Part shown: piece by piece, positions 9,576-18,294 of the stretch | Position numbering within the stretch: the first letter of the stretch is position 1 | Layout: each line of letters opens with the position of its first letter | Position numbers and translations under genes: made by a program | IMG/VR virus record: IMGVR_UViG_3300045988_176682 | DNA: 64,000 nt | Reading direction: 5' to 3' (one strand) | Origin: a virus | Notes under the pieces: generated by a model | Seen by the model: only the letters and a program-made list of their open reading frames with translations | What the model was told of the DNA's origin: nothing | The model's database searches: none

Positions 9576-10688
9576 TTACTTCAAGAGATAGAACAATCCG
9601 TCCCCATGCTCTTCATACAAGGGGTCTCCTTCAACCATACGGAAAGGAGTAAATTCGAACGGAAGGTTGCTATAGTTGTCAGACTGGAAGCCGACATTGA
9701 AACCATTCGTGATACGAATTTTCGGATAAATGATAGTAATCGGAGTTTTTCCATCCGGAAGAATACCGACAACTTTAGCGCCCAAGAACGGCTGAGCTGC
9801 ACGAGAACCGACGTAAATCAGGTTAACACGTTTTACTTTATCACCTTCTTTGAACTGCATAACTTCTGACGGAGCACTTGCCAATTCCAAAGTGAATTTA
9901 GCAGAAGTATCTTCGCTCGGAGTCGTCTTAGCAATCAATTCACTTTCTACAGAATTAATTGTGATAGCCAAAGAATCGTTATCAGCAATACCCATTGCAG
10001 ACAATTTTTTCTGTGCAGTAACTGCAACAGTTCCGGTAATGGAACCGGTACCGTCTTCAAAACCGAAAACAGTTTTAACCGGCTGAGAGAAAGCAACTGT
10101 AGCGTCATCAGCAGCGATGAGTTTCAATTTACCTTCTTCAATCGTCAAAACACCTGCGCCGGCCATCAGGGCGTTCATCTTCTTGAACCACTGGACTACC
10201 GTCGAAGACAGAGCGATTTCCGGAGAAAAACCAGCAGAATAAGAGGCAGTAACAATCTTACCAACAAATACCATATCTTCAGAATCGGCAGATTGAATAA
10301 TAATGCGGTCTCCGTCGAGATAATCGTCAGAAGAAGCACCCTCAGCGTCTACAACAACCTCGGTTGCAGAAACTGATTTAAGAGTATGAGCTTTGCTCTC
10401 TACCATTTTAGTAGCAGACTGACCCAAACCATAAGCCAGGTTCTTTGCGGTATATTCATAAACTTCCATGGAGGTAGTGGTATCGGAACCGGTTTTTTCA
10501 GACCATACAATATCATTCTGAATACCTTGGGTCAAATCCGTGTACTGGTCGGTAGAAGAAGTTGTGAAGTTCTTTACCAAACCGATAGAATGCTCTTTCG
10601 GATTAAGTTTTTCTACGTCTCCCATCGGGCCAATCATAACGGTAGCGGTACCAATGTTAAACGCAGTAGTTTTAGCTTCGCCAGCCAT
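9576..10688 (-). CDS. major tail protein (putative, gpV-equivalent by position)
   Basis: 370 aa gene in the slot between the tail terminator and the G/GT chaperones, followed by a terminator hairpin. No strong sequence match to lambda V recognised. Confidence 0.5.
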   Translation of the reverse strand: MAGEAKTTAFNIGTATVMIGPMGDVEKLNPKEHSIGLVKNFTTSSTDQYTDLTQGIQNDIVWSEKTGSDTTTSMEVYEYTAKNLAYGLGQSATKMVESKAHTLKSVSATEVVVDAEGASSDDYLDGDRIIIQSADSEDMVFVGKIVTASYSAGFSPEIALSSTVVQWFKKMNALMAGAGVLTIEEGKLKLIAADDATVAFSQPVKTVFGFEDGTGSITGTVAVTAQKKLSAMGIADNDSLAITINSVESELIAKTTPSEDTSAKFTLELASAPSEVMQFKEGDKVKRVNLIYVGSRAAQPFLGAKVVGILPDGKTPITIIYPKIRITNGFNVGFQSDNYSNLPFEFTPFRMVEGDPLYEEHGDGLFYLLK

Positions 10689-10724
10689 AGCTATTTCCTT
10701 TCGTTATATTGATTAATAAAAACA

Positions 10725-10754
10725 TTTACATTGTATCGGTTAATATACTATAAT
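10725..10754 (+). promoter_or_regulatory. sigma70-like promoter TTTACA-18-TATAAT
   Basis: TTTACA at 10725..10730 and TATAAT at 10749..10754, about 30 nt upstream of the RHH gene. Confidence 0.45.
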
Positions 10755-10787
10755 TCAATCGTTTATTATAAACTATTAGGAGTTGAC

Positions 10788-10983
10788 CATGGTTAAAGAA
10801 AAAACTTGCCCGATAACAATTTACCCTCCGGAAACACTAAAGAAGAAAATTGAAAACCGGGCAAGAAATCTTCATCGCTCACAAAATGAGGATATTCTTT
10901 ATTTAATTGAGCGAGGTCTTGAATTGGAAGACCTTAAGACTGCCAAGATACTGTCTCTGTTGAAAGAGCAGATGCCAGAATAA
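10788..10983 (+). CDS. ribbon-helix-helix (Arc/CopG-like) DNA-binding protein, a moron gene antisense to the structural operon
   Basis: 65 aa. N-terminal beta-strand ITIYPPETLKKKIE then helices (NRARNLHRSQNEDILYLIERGL), typical of RHH proteins. AGGAG lies 6 nt before the ATG at 10788. The ORF track used a TTG at 10783. Confidence 0.6.
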
Positions 10984-11407
10984 ACTGAATAGACCTTACA
11001 TTAGTCTTAGCAAATGGAGCGACTTCGGTATCTCCATTAATAATAAGTGCCCCTATAACTTCTCCGGTTTCATTGGCAACAAGGTCGATTGTTGACATAG
11101 GAACAAGGTCTCCGGCAATTTCACTGATAATTTTATTATGAATAACTTTTTCAGCATCATTAAAGGTAGCAACACCAATATTAAATTCTATGGTAACGAA
11201 TTTCTCATCAATATCAGCCCCAAATCCTTGTAAGCAAATACAGTGGGTCTCTGGCATCTCAGCCAAATCGGCGTGGGCATCGAGGTCGACATAGACTGCC
11301 CCATCAACTATTCCGTTCTCAATGAGCTCTTTTATCTTTTTATTAATATAACGAATGACCGAAGACCGGACATCCAAATATAAATCGGTCTTTTTTCTAT
11401 AAATCAT
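10934..11407 (-). CDS. tail terminator / tail-tube completion protein (gpU position)
   Basis: 157 aa gene immediately upstream of the major tail gene. Only weak resemblance to lambda U. Call is by synteny. Confidence 0.4.
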   Translation of the reverse strand: MIYRKKTDLYLDVRSSVIRYINKKIKELIENGIVDGAVYVDLDAHADLAEMPETHCICLQGFGADIDEKFVTIEFNIGVATFNDAEKVIHNKIISEIAGDLVPMSTIDLVANETGEVIGALIINGDTEVAPFAKTNVRSIQFILASALSTETVSWQS

Positions 11408-11997
11408 TTAGATAATACCTCCCTAATAGTCTGACTTGCAGTTCTTTTTAAGTTTCTGTCTGCAAAATATAATAAACTGGGTTCAAACATCGGTCTTACT
11501 TCTTCATTAGAAGCAAATACTACAGAATTTCCTAATCTTTTCTTAGTTTTTGCGAAAAGCCTGTTATAAATTCTATCCTGTAAATTCATATTTTTAGCTC
11601 TTGGATAAGGTGTAATTCTGATTAAAATTACAGTATTACCTCCGGCCTCCTTTTTCTCGGTAACAGAAACTTTAGGAGAACCTAAAACTCTGGTCGGGGA
11701 AGTATTATATAACCAGGTATCTAAAACTCCTCGATAAAACCAAAAATTATTATGTCCTTTTCTTTTAGCATACGCTCTATTTAAAGGAGGCCAATCGGGT
11801 ACAGTAGTGTATTCGGCAGGAAATCGATTTCGTGACCGATTAACGACGTTTTCTGACATAAACTTAAATAATCCTCGGGCTTCCTTTGTTAAGGATTTTT
11901 CCAGACGGTTTCTAATGGAAGCTACCTTTCTACCGGTAACTCCTTCGAGTTTTTTTCCGATAACTTTACTGAAATCTGTTAAACTATAAACCGCCAT
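11404..11997 (-). CDS. tail completion protein (gpZ position)
   Basis: 197 aa, basic, in the Z slot. Call is by synteny. Confidence 0.35.
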   Translation of the reverse strand: MAVYSLTDFSKVIGKKLEGVTGRKVASIRNRLEKSLTKEARGLFKFMSENVVNRSRNRFPAEYTTVPDWPPLNRAYAKRKGHNNFWFYRGVLDTWLYNTSPTRVLGSPKVSVTEKKEAGGNTVILIRITPYPRAKNMNLQDRIYNRLFAKTKKRLGNSVVFASNEEVRPMFEPSLLYFADRNLKRTASQTIREVLSK

Positions 11998-12008
11998 TAT
12001 TGGGTTCC

Positions 12009-12542
12009 TTATACATAAGCCATATAAATGCCGAGGATTTTATATACTTTTTTTACAACAAATTCCTCGCCGAGTAAATCCCCTTCTTTGATTTCTTTTC
12101 CGCACAAGAGACGGAATACGGAACCGGGGACTTTAAGAGAATCTTCATCTTGTCTTACATATTCAGTAACACATCTTAGGAAACCAAGGTCTTCTGGTTC
12201 TCCAGGGACCATTCGGAGAGTTACTGGGTCTTCAACCAAGGTTTTTCTCTTCCATGAAAGATTTTGGTCTAAAGTAACAAGGCCGAACAAATGAAAATTA
12301 GGCTCATAAAAATAACCGTCTTGCATATCAAAGCAGAGGCCATAAGTACCATTAGGAAGCTTAAAAACATCTCCCTCTTTGACATCTGACTTGTCAGAAA
12401 CCTTCAAAATACGCCGAGCAGTGATAAAGGTCGTGGATTTGGTCTGACTGGCCGGAGGGGCATAAATAAACCCCTTAAAACGTCTCCCATCGTCTCGAGT
12501 AAAGGTTATTTCAAATCTTTTACCAACGTTTCTTAATTCCAT
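12009..12542 (-). CDS. head-tail joining protein (gpFII position)
   Basis: 177 aa. Call is by synteny only. Confidence 0.35.
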   Translation of the reverse strand: MELRNVGKRFEITFTRDDGRRFKGFIYAPPASQTKSTTFITARRILKVSDKSDVKEGDVFKLPNGTYGLCFDMQDGYFYEPNFHLFGLVTLDQNLSWKRKTLVEDPVTLRMVPGEPEDLGFLRCVTEYVRQDEDSLKVPGSVFRLLCGKEIKEGDLLGEEFVVKKVYKILGIYMAYV

Positions 12543-13288
12543 TAAGATTCCTCACCAGTAACAGCATCCGGAGACCGGGCACCTAAAGCAAATGGGGTAT
12601 AGTTATCTACATAAAGTTCGGACTCTCCGGTAATATCCTCAAGAATACCTGACAATTCTTCCTCAAGGTCATTTTTAAGTGCATCCCAGTCAACTATCTT
12701 AAGATTTCTTAAAAAGGTGTTAGTTCCGCTCTTTTCAGATTCAGCTACCCGAAGCCGTAAAGAATTAAAGATATTTAAGGCTGCTTGAATAGCGATTGCC
12801 CGATTAGCCCGGAAATTAGACTTATTACCAGATTTTAGAGCCTCAGCGAACTCTTCTCCCAAATTACCGTACATTGTAAGATAGACTTCTGTCATATCTA
12901 ATTCATCATCAGAGAGTTCTCCATCGTTAATACCAAAGATATTTCTGACATCCTTCACTGAGGCCGTAAAATATGGCTCTTCAATCAATCGATAGGGTGT
13001 TTTTAAGCGGACAGTATTTCCCTTATAAGTAAATAATATTACTATATAGCGGTCTTCAAATAAAACCCCCTCCGGGAGAATATTCTGGTCAGCAGAAATA
13101 GGAATAGACACCCAATCTTTATGGTCTTCCGGAACTTCGAGAGCATCCTCAGAATAGACAACCTCTCCGGAATTTTTCATAATTTTATATGAATATAAGG
13201 AGTCATCAGGTACAACAAAATCTCCGTTGCAGATTAAATTTACCGCAATCTGAGAATCTTCGTTTGAAATAAGATAAGTGTTATTCAT
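12542..13288 (-). CDS. head completion / connector protein (putative)
   Basis: 248 aa, acidic C-terminus. Lies between the capsid and connector genes. Confidence 0.3.
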   Translation of the reverse strand: MNNTYLISNEDSQIAVNLICNGDFVVPDDSLYSYKIMKNSGEVVYSEDALEVPEDHKDWVSIPISADQNILPEGVLFEDRYIVILFTYKGNTVRLKTPYRLIEEPYFTASVKDVRNIFGINDGELSDDELDMTEVYLTMYGNLGEEFAEALKSGNKSNFRANRAIAIQAALNIFNSLRLRVAESEKSGTNTFLRNLKIVDWDALKNDLEEELSGILEDITGESELYVDNYTPFALGARSPDAVTGEES

Positions 13289-13307
13289 GACAACTCCCTA
13301 TATTTAA

Positions 13308-13754
13308 TTAATTGCCGGCTGGCTGATTTGATTTCCCAGCTTCCTCGTCACCAGAGGCATTACCGGCAGTGTTACCAGCAGGTTTAGCAGATTTCCCAGC
13401 TTCCTCGTCACCAGAGGCATTACCGGCAGTGTTACCAGCAGGTTTAGCAGATTTTTCATCTTCCTGATTTTCCAGCAGCAGCTTAGAATTGAGGCTCTTC
13501 TCTTTCAAGAATTTAGCAACTGCCTTATTTTTATCTTTTTCAGAACTGTAGTATTTAACGAAAACTTCATCAGTACAGTTATCTTTCAAAGTTCCAAGAA
13601 TGTTCAGACGTTTAGCTGAAACTGCGATATTCAAACTAACAGACTCTTCCAGTACATAAGGTCTGTCTGGCATAGCCATTTGGCCTTTATGATTCAAATC
13701 AAAGAAACAACCGCCGTCTTTTACCTCGACAAGAAATTTTGCTCTTTTTTCCAT
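13308..13754 (-). CDS. hypothetical virion protein with C-terminal tandem repeat
   Basis: 148 aa. The C-terminus carries 2.5 copies of SAKPAGNTAGNASGDEEAGK, encoded by a perfect 60-bp duplication. Confidence 0.5.
   Translation of the reverse strand: MEKRAKFLVEVKDGGCFFDLNHKGQMAMPDRPYVLEESVSLNIAVSAKRLNILGTLKDNCTDEVFVKYYSSEKDKNKAVAKFLKEKSLNSKLLLENQEDEKSAKPAGNTAGNASGDEEAGKSAKPAGNTAGNASGDEEAGKSNQPAGN
13322..13441. repeat. perfect 60-bp tandem duplication (2 copies)
   Basis: 13322..13381 and 13382..13441 are identical as read (gatttcccagcttcctcgtcaccagaggcattaccggcagtgttaccagcaggtttagca). Confidence 0.9.
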
Positions 13755-13768
13755 ATTAAAAACTCCTT

Positions 13769-13801
13769 AAAATAAAGGCCACCACCTATAAAGTGGTGGC
13801 C
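13769..13801 (-). terminator. intrinsic terminator after the major capsid gene
   Basis: Minus strand: 9-bp stem GGCCACCAC/GTGGTGGCC with a 7-nt loop, followed by TTTATTTT. Confidence 0.5.
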
Positions 13802-13821
13802 TGTTTAGCCTTTATAGGGAA

Positions 13822-15027
13822 TTAACCCTTATTAGCGGTCGTGTAGATAGAACGAGTATCACCGAAGACCAATTTATAACCGGTGGTTTCAGTTTTTACA
13901 TACGTTACTCTCTGTTCACGGATTGCAGTTTCAGATTCTTGAATCTGAGAACCTTCCTCAACCAATTCCTGCAAGGTTTCAGCTTTAGAGAAACCCAGCA
14001 ACTGTTTGTCCGGCATAGCCGAAGAAACAGCGAATTTAATCGGAACAAACAATCCCGGAATAGAGGCAGTCAGAGACGGACCACCTGCGGCAGCAACGGC
14101 CTCGGCTTCTGATTTGTTTCCACTCAAAGTCGGTGTAAACAGCATCATGTACATCAGATAGGTATCGTAGTTACCAACGATGGTATCAATCGGAGTACCT
14201 TTCTTAGCCATAGACAGCAACCATTTCAAGAAAGAAGCATAATCAATCTTGTTCGGGGTATTGGTAGCCGAAGAATTGTCTTCTTTCATCAAATCTGCCT
14301 GATAAACAACCGGAGCGGCTTTCTGAACAGAATCACCGTTAACCAGAATAGATGTAGCAGCAGCAACCTTAGACAGTTCCAGACGACGATTAATACGAGC
14401 GACATACGGTGTCAAAATATCAATCGAAGCTCTGCGGTCGAACTCATAAGTGAACTCATAACCGGAACCATGTTTGAACCAACGGACAGCCTGTTCGGTC
14501 GTCTTAATTTTGCGGATAGGAATACGAGCTCCTTCTGCAATGGTCCAGGTACCTTCAGCATCTTCATCAGATTCTGCAACGATTGAAATCATTTCGATAC
14601 CGCTGACAGTACGAGAGCTGCCTACGAGGTCAGAAACTTTTTCAATCTGGTCCTGACGGGTAGAGAAGCGAAGAACTTCATCCATAACCGGCTGGAACAG
14701 CAAACGAGTACCCGGGTAAGACTTAAAGGTCTCACCGGCCTGGGCCAACATGATGCTGTTAGCAAAGTCATTTTTAGTCGGCAAGGACAAGAAAGCCAAA
14801 GCGGCCTCATAGCCATCCATGCCGACTTCACGATAAGCCTTTCCGTCTTCGTCGTTCAGGTCAACGGCCAGTTTCAAGAAGTTAGGAATAGAAATACCAT
14901 ATTCTTTAACTTCGTTCAGCAGCATTTCTGCGGCATTACGAGAAGCTTCCGGAGACTTAGAAACAAGGTCACCTAAGAGAACTTTCAGGCCTCTTTTATT
15001 CTTGGATAATTCAAGTAAAGATTTCAT
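13822..15027 (-). CDS. major capsid protein (gpE position, HK97-fold presumed)
   Basis: 401 aa gene directly after the decoration-like gene and before a terminator. Order is protease/scaffold, decoration, capsid, as in lambda C/Nu3-D-E. Confidence 0.7.
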   Translation of the reverse strand: MKSLLELSKNKRGLKVLLGDLVSKSPEASRNAAEMLLNEVKEYGISIPNFLKLAVDLNDEDGKAYREVGMDGYEAALAFLSLPTKNDFANSIMLAQAGETFKSYPGTRLLFQPVMDEVLRFSTRQDQIEKVSDLVGSSRTVSGIEMISIVAESDEDAEGTWTIAEGARIPIRKIKTTEQAVRWFKHGSGYEFTYEFDRRASIDILTPYVARINRRLELSKVAAATSILVNGDSVQKAAPVVYQADLMKEDNSSATNTPNKIDYASFLKWLLSMAKKGTPIDTIVGNYDTYLMYMMLFTPTLSGNKSEAEAVAAAGGPSLTASIPGLFVPIKFAVSSAMPDKQLLGFSKAETLQELVEEGSQIQESETAIREQRVTYVKTETTGYKLVFGDTRSIYTTANKG

Positions 15028-15043
15028 TTCTTATTCCTTCCTC

Positions 15044-15475
15044 TTACGCAACAATACGAGCAACGACATAATCGCTGCCTTTTTCAACAATGTAGGTTTC
15101 GTTAACAGCAGCTGCTGTATCAGCCATTGCTTTCTTAACTTCACCGCTTCCGGCACCTACGATAGAATCACCGATAGCTGCTGCATCACTTGCTTTCAAG
15201 GGGAATTTAAACCATCCTCTTGTATATACAGTACCAACAACAACACCTTCGGCCTCCCGGATTTCTACCTTATCAAGATAACCGCGGATAGCATCTCCGT
15301 CCCCAGCCAATTTCATGGTGTTGGGAGCAGAAGCATCTACAGCCAGGGCTTTACCCTCATCTTTTTCGGTAATACCGGAAGCCAGATTAACAGTTACGGC
15401 ATCACTGGATACTTCGAGACCCAGTAAAGTTACACCCTGTCCAATTTGACTAGCCATATCTTTATTTCCTTCCAA
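15044..15475 (-). CDS. head decoration protein (gpD-like)
   Basis: 143 aa, Gly/Ala/Val-rich and beta-rich. GTVYTRGWFKF resembles the lambda D TLTFYKSGTF region. Position matches gpD. Confidence 0.5.
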   Translation of the reverse strand: MEGNKDMASQIGQGVTLLGLEVSSDAVTVNLASGITEKDEGKALAVDASAPNTMKLAGDGDAIRGYLDKVEIREAEGVVVGTVYTRGWFKFPLKASDAAAIGDSIVGAGSGEVKKAMADTAAAVNETYIVEKGSDYVVARIVA

Positions 15476-15476
15476 A

Positions 15477-16706
15477 TTAGTTTTTTAATCTCAAAGCTGC
15501 CAACTGATTAGCCGTATATTTACAACCATCATTATCTTTGGCATTACTATCTGCTGCGTTAGCAACCCCACCAACGGGGATACTTGCGGCCAGCGTTAAT
15601 TTACCACTCTCCAAAGCATCTTTCATACTCTGGAAATTAGCATCTTCCGGCAATTTTTCTTTTCCGGAAGCAACTAATACTTTATTTACCTCGTCCAACA
15701 TAAATTTCTTCATGTCTGCAAGTTCGGCTGCAACAGCCTCACTGGCATCAGGAGCGGGGTTAGCTTCCTCTTCGGAACCTTTCGGTTCTTCTTCGGCAGC
15801 TGGCTCGGCAGCGGGAGCGGGTTCTTCAGCAGGAGCGGCTTCTGCTTCGGGCTCTTCGGCAGCGGGAGCGGGTTCTTCTTTCTTAGCCAGTTCTTCGAAA
15901 CGACCCTCAACTTTCTCTTCGAATTTTTGAAGGTTTTCGGACAACTCGGCTAATTTAGCGAGAATTTCATCCATATTTTTTTCCTCTTCATCAGTTAATT
16001 TACCGTTAATATGCAAATTAATTGCCTGTTGTTCCAACTCGGACAAAGAGGCTTTAACTTGCTTACTGTTAGCAGCTAAGGAAAGCTGCTTAGTCTTGTC
16101 AAGAATCTTTGCATGGCGAGCAGCACCTCGGTTGACAAGAGAAACTTCATATAATTTTTCAACTCCGATAATATTCAAATGAGCGCCGTCTTTACCAAAC
16201 TTAGCATCACAATGAGGACAAGTACCGGTAAGAGAGGCAAGCCAACGGAGACCATCATCGGCTTCAAGGAAATCTTTCTGGCATTCAGAACAAATTAATT
16301 TCTTTCCTGAGAAGCCAATCGAAACTTCATCAATAATTCCGGCATCCAACTTACTGATAATCTCTGGGTGTTCGGTGCTGACAATGAATGTAGCATACAG
16401 GGCTCTTGCACCAGTATCCATTTCATCAACAGCCTTAGCAACGATAATTCTCCCCGTCGGGAGTTCTCTGTCATCGTGCATTACTTGAATAGTAGTATTC
16501 CGGAGAGGGTCATTCATAAGAATTTCCAGTTCGGAAATCGTAGAAGCAGAAACCTGAGCTTTGTCATACATAGAGTTTTGGCTAAGAGGTTCCGTAGAAA
16601 CTACCCGAGCCTGATAAGCAACAAATTTAGAAAGGTCAACGCCCTCTCCGCATTTTGCTTCAATCTGCTGTTTTAATCTCTCATCAATTTCTATTCTTTT
16701 CGCCAT
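15477..16706 (-). CDS. prohead protease / scaffolding protein (C/Nu3 position)
   Basis: 409 aa. C-terminal half is coiled-coil plus an acidic EEPAPAAEEPEAEAAPAEEPAPAAEPAAEEEP repeat, typical of scaffolds. A CxxC...CxxC pair is present. No protease catalytic motif identified. Confidence 0.5.
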   Translation of the reverse strand: MAKRIEIDERLKQQIEAKCGEGVDLSKFVAYQARVVSTEPLSQNSMYDKAQVSASTISELEILMNDPLRNTTIQVMHDDRELPTGRIIVAKAVDEMDTGARALYATFIVSTEHPEIISKLDAGIIDEVSIGFSGKKLICSECQKDFLEADDGLRWLASLTGTCPHCDAKFGKDGAHLNIIGVEKLYEVSLVNRGAARHAKILDKTKQLSLAANSKQVKASLSELEQQAINLHINGKLTDEEEKNMDEILAKLAELSENLQKFEEKVEGRFEELAKKEEPAPAAEEPEAEAAPAEEPAPAAEPAAEEEPKGSEEEANPAPDASEAVAAELADMKKFMLDEVNKVLVASGKEKLPEDANFQSMKDALESGKLTLAASIPVGGVANAADSNAKDNDGCKYTANQLAALRLKN

Positions 16707-16776
16707 GTCTATACCTTTGTTTTGTATAAATAAAGATTAACCTCTACAAATCTCATTTTCAATAGTTTATTTCAAA

Positions 16777-18285
16777 CTATTTATTCAAATTCTTCCCTTT
16801 TTCTCTTGGTGTCGTCGTTTTTGTCGTATTTGACCGGGCAGAATCATTATCATCCGGGGTTATTGCTCTTCCAAGAGGGTCACTGTTTGACGACACGTCA
16901 GCCGTATTAACTTGATTAGACCGGAAGTTAGTTCCCGACAATTTTGGATAATTCCAGAGAGGAATACGCCCATTATTAAGGATATGGTATTCTTCATCTG
17001 AGATTGTCCCTAAGGACAATTCTTCCATAAGACGAGACTGGCGCATAACCTTCTGGGCCTCCAGCTCAATCTCGGGCTTCAATTCCACGGGTCTGGATTG
17101 AATCTCTACATTTCCGTCAAATCCCTGTAATCTCATGGCCAAAGTCAAAGCCTCTGATAAAATATAATCGATAGGCTTATTAATTTGGTCGGCGTTCTTT
17201 GCGAAGACTTGAGCCTCTACAGAAGCGGTATTTACACCCGAAGAACCGCGGCCTAATACAGATGATACGGACTTGAGGGCAGCCTGGTTCTGCGCATTAA
17301 GGGTCTCAACGACCTCTGATATTTGCAAAGTAACGCCGGCAGCTTTATCATTAATTATTTTTACTGACATTGAATCAGTATGAGCTACAGGCTGGTCAGC
17401 AGCTACGCTAGTGAAGATGTTAGCTGCGGAAGCAACGAGATTAGATACCCATTCTTTTACTTTTGCTGGGTCATCTTTTATTGCGGCCGGGACATTTTTA
17501 AGGGCAACTTCTTCCATGACCGTAATATCAATCCTTGGATACCCGGTGATTTTCATAATTCGATAGAGGTCATTAATAACCTGTTGTCTGGCAGCAATCG
17601 TATTAATTGCACTTACAAAATATGAATATGTGTAAGGAGATGTCGGGTCTCTACGAAAAGAGGCCGTAAAAAATGTCGGAATATCGAGACTGATTTTTTC
17701 TCCGGATTCAGTTGTTTCCAGCTGGGGTTTATATTCCCCGGCCTTTTTCTCATACCATTTTACATAATACATATCTACGTTGCGGAGCTCGGAGGGCTGC
17801 ATTAATTTATCAACCACGAGCTCCACACCGATAGACCCACGGAGAAGTAGCATGTATTTTAAATTGGCTCTTATTTCATTAAGAGAAGCTTTATACTGAT
17901 AACCTAAAGTATAATCATTACGACGGGTTATCTGGTCGAGAATGGAAAATAATTGTTTTGTACCGTCCTGGCTTAACTCCCCATTACCGTCTCTGACAAT
18001 ATAAACCAAATCAGTGTCAGACATGGTAAGATAAGCGTTAACCGCCGCGGAGCAGTCCGGGTCGGTACGAAAGAGGTCTTTCAATAATGTCTGACTGTTT
18101 GAGGAATGCCGGCTGGTATAGATGTCGGTTAAATGCTCGTAATAATTTGGAGCTGAAAGAACTTCCGTATTACCTGCCTTATAAGTATCGGTAACGGATG
18201 TTCCCCCGGCCTTAGCCGACTTGGTGGGTAATATGTAGCTAAAAAGTTTGCTGCTTGAAGAAGCTAATCTTGCAATGATACCCAT
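16777..18285 (-). CDS. portal protein
   Basis: 502 aa gene immediately downstream of the large terminase, with a basic C-terminal tail. Confidence 0.65.
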   Translation of the reverse strand: MGIIARLASSSSKLFSYILPTKSAKAGGTSVTDTYKAGNTEVLSAPNYYEHLTDIYTSRHSSNSQTLLKDLFRTDPDCSAAVNAYLTMSDTDLVYIVRDGNGELSQDGTKQLFSILDQITRRNDYTLGYQYKASLNEIRANLKYMLLLRGSIGVELVVDKLMQPSELRNVDMYYVKWYEKKAGEYKPQLETTESGEKISLDIPTFFTASFRRDPTSPYTYSYFVSAINTIAARQQVINDLYRIMKITGYPRIDITVMEEVALKNVPAAIKDDPAKVKEWVSNLVASAANIFTSVAADQPVAHTDSMSVKIINDKAAGVTLQISEVVETLNAQNQAALKSVSSVLGRGSSGVNTASVEAQVFAKNADQINKPIDYILSEALTLAMRLQGFDGNVEIQSRPVELKPEIELEAQKVMRQSRLMEELSLGTISDEEYHILNNGRIPLWNYPKLSGTNFRSNQVNTADVSSNSDPLGRAITPDDNDSARSNTTKTTTPREKGKNLNK

Positions 18286-18294
18286 ACCTTTGCC

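Noticed and set aside
15538-15930. Plus-strand Ala/Ser-rich ORF
   Set aside because: Antisense to the acidic PAAE repeat of the scaffold gene.
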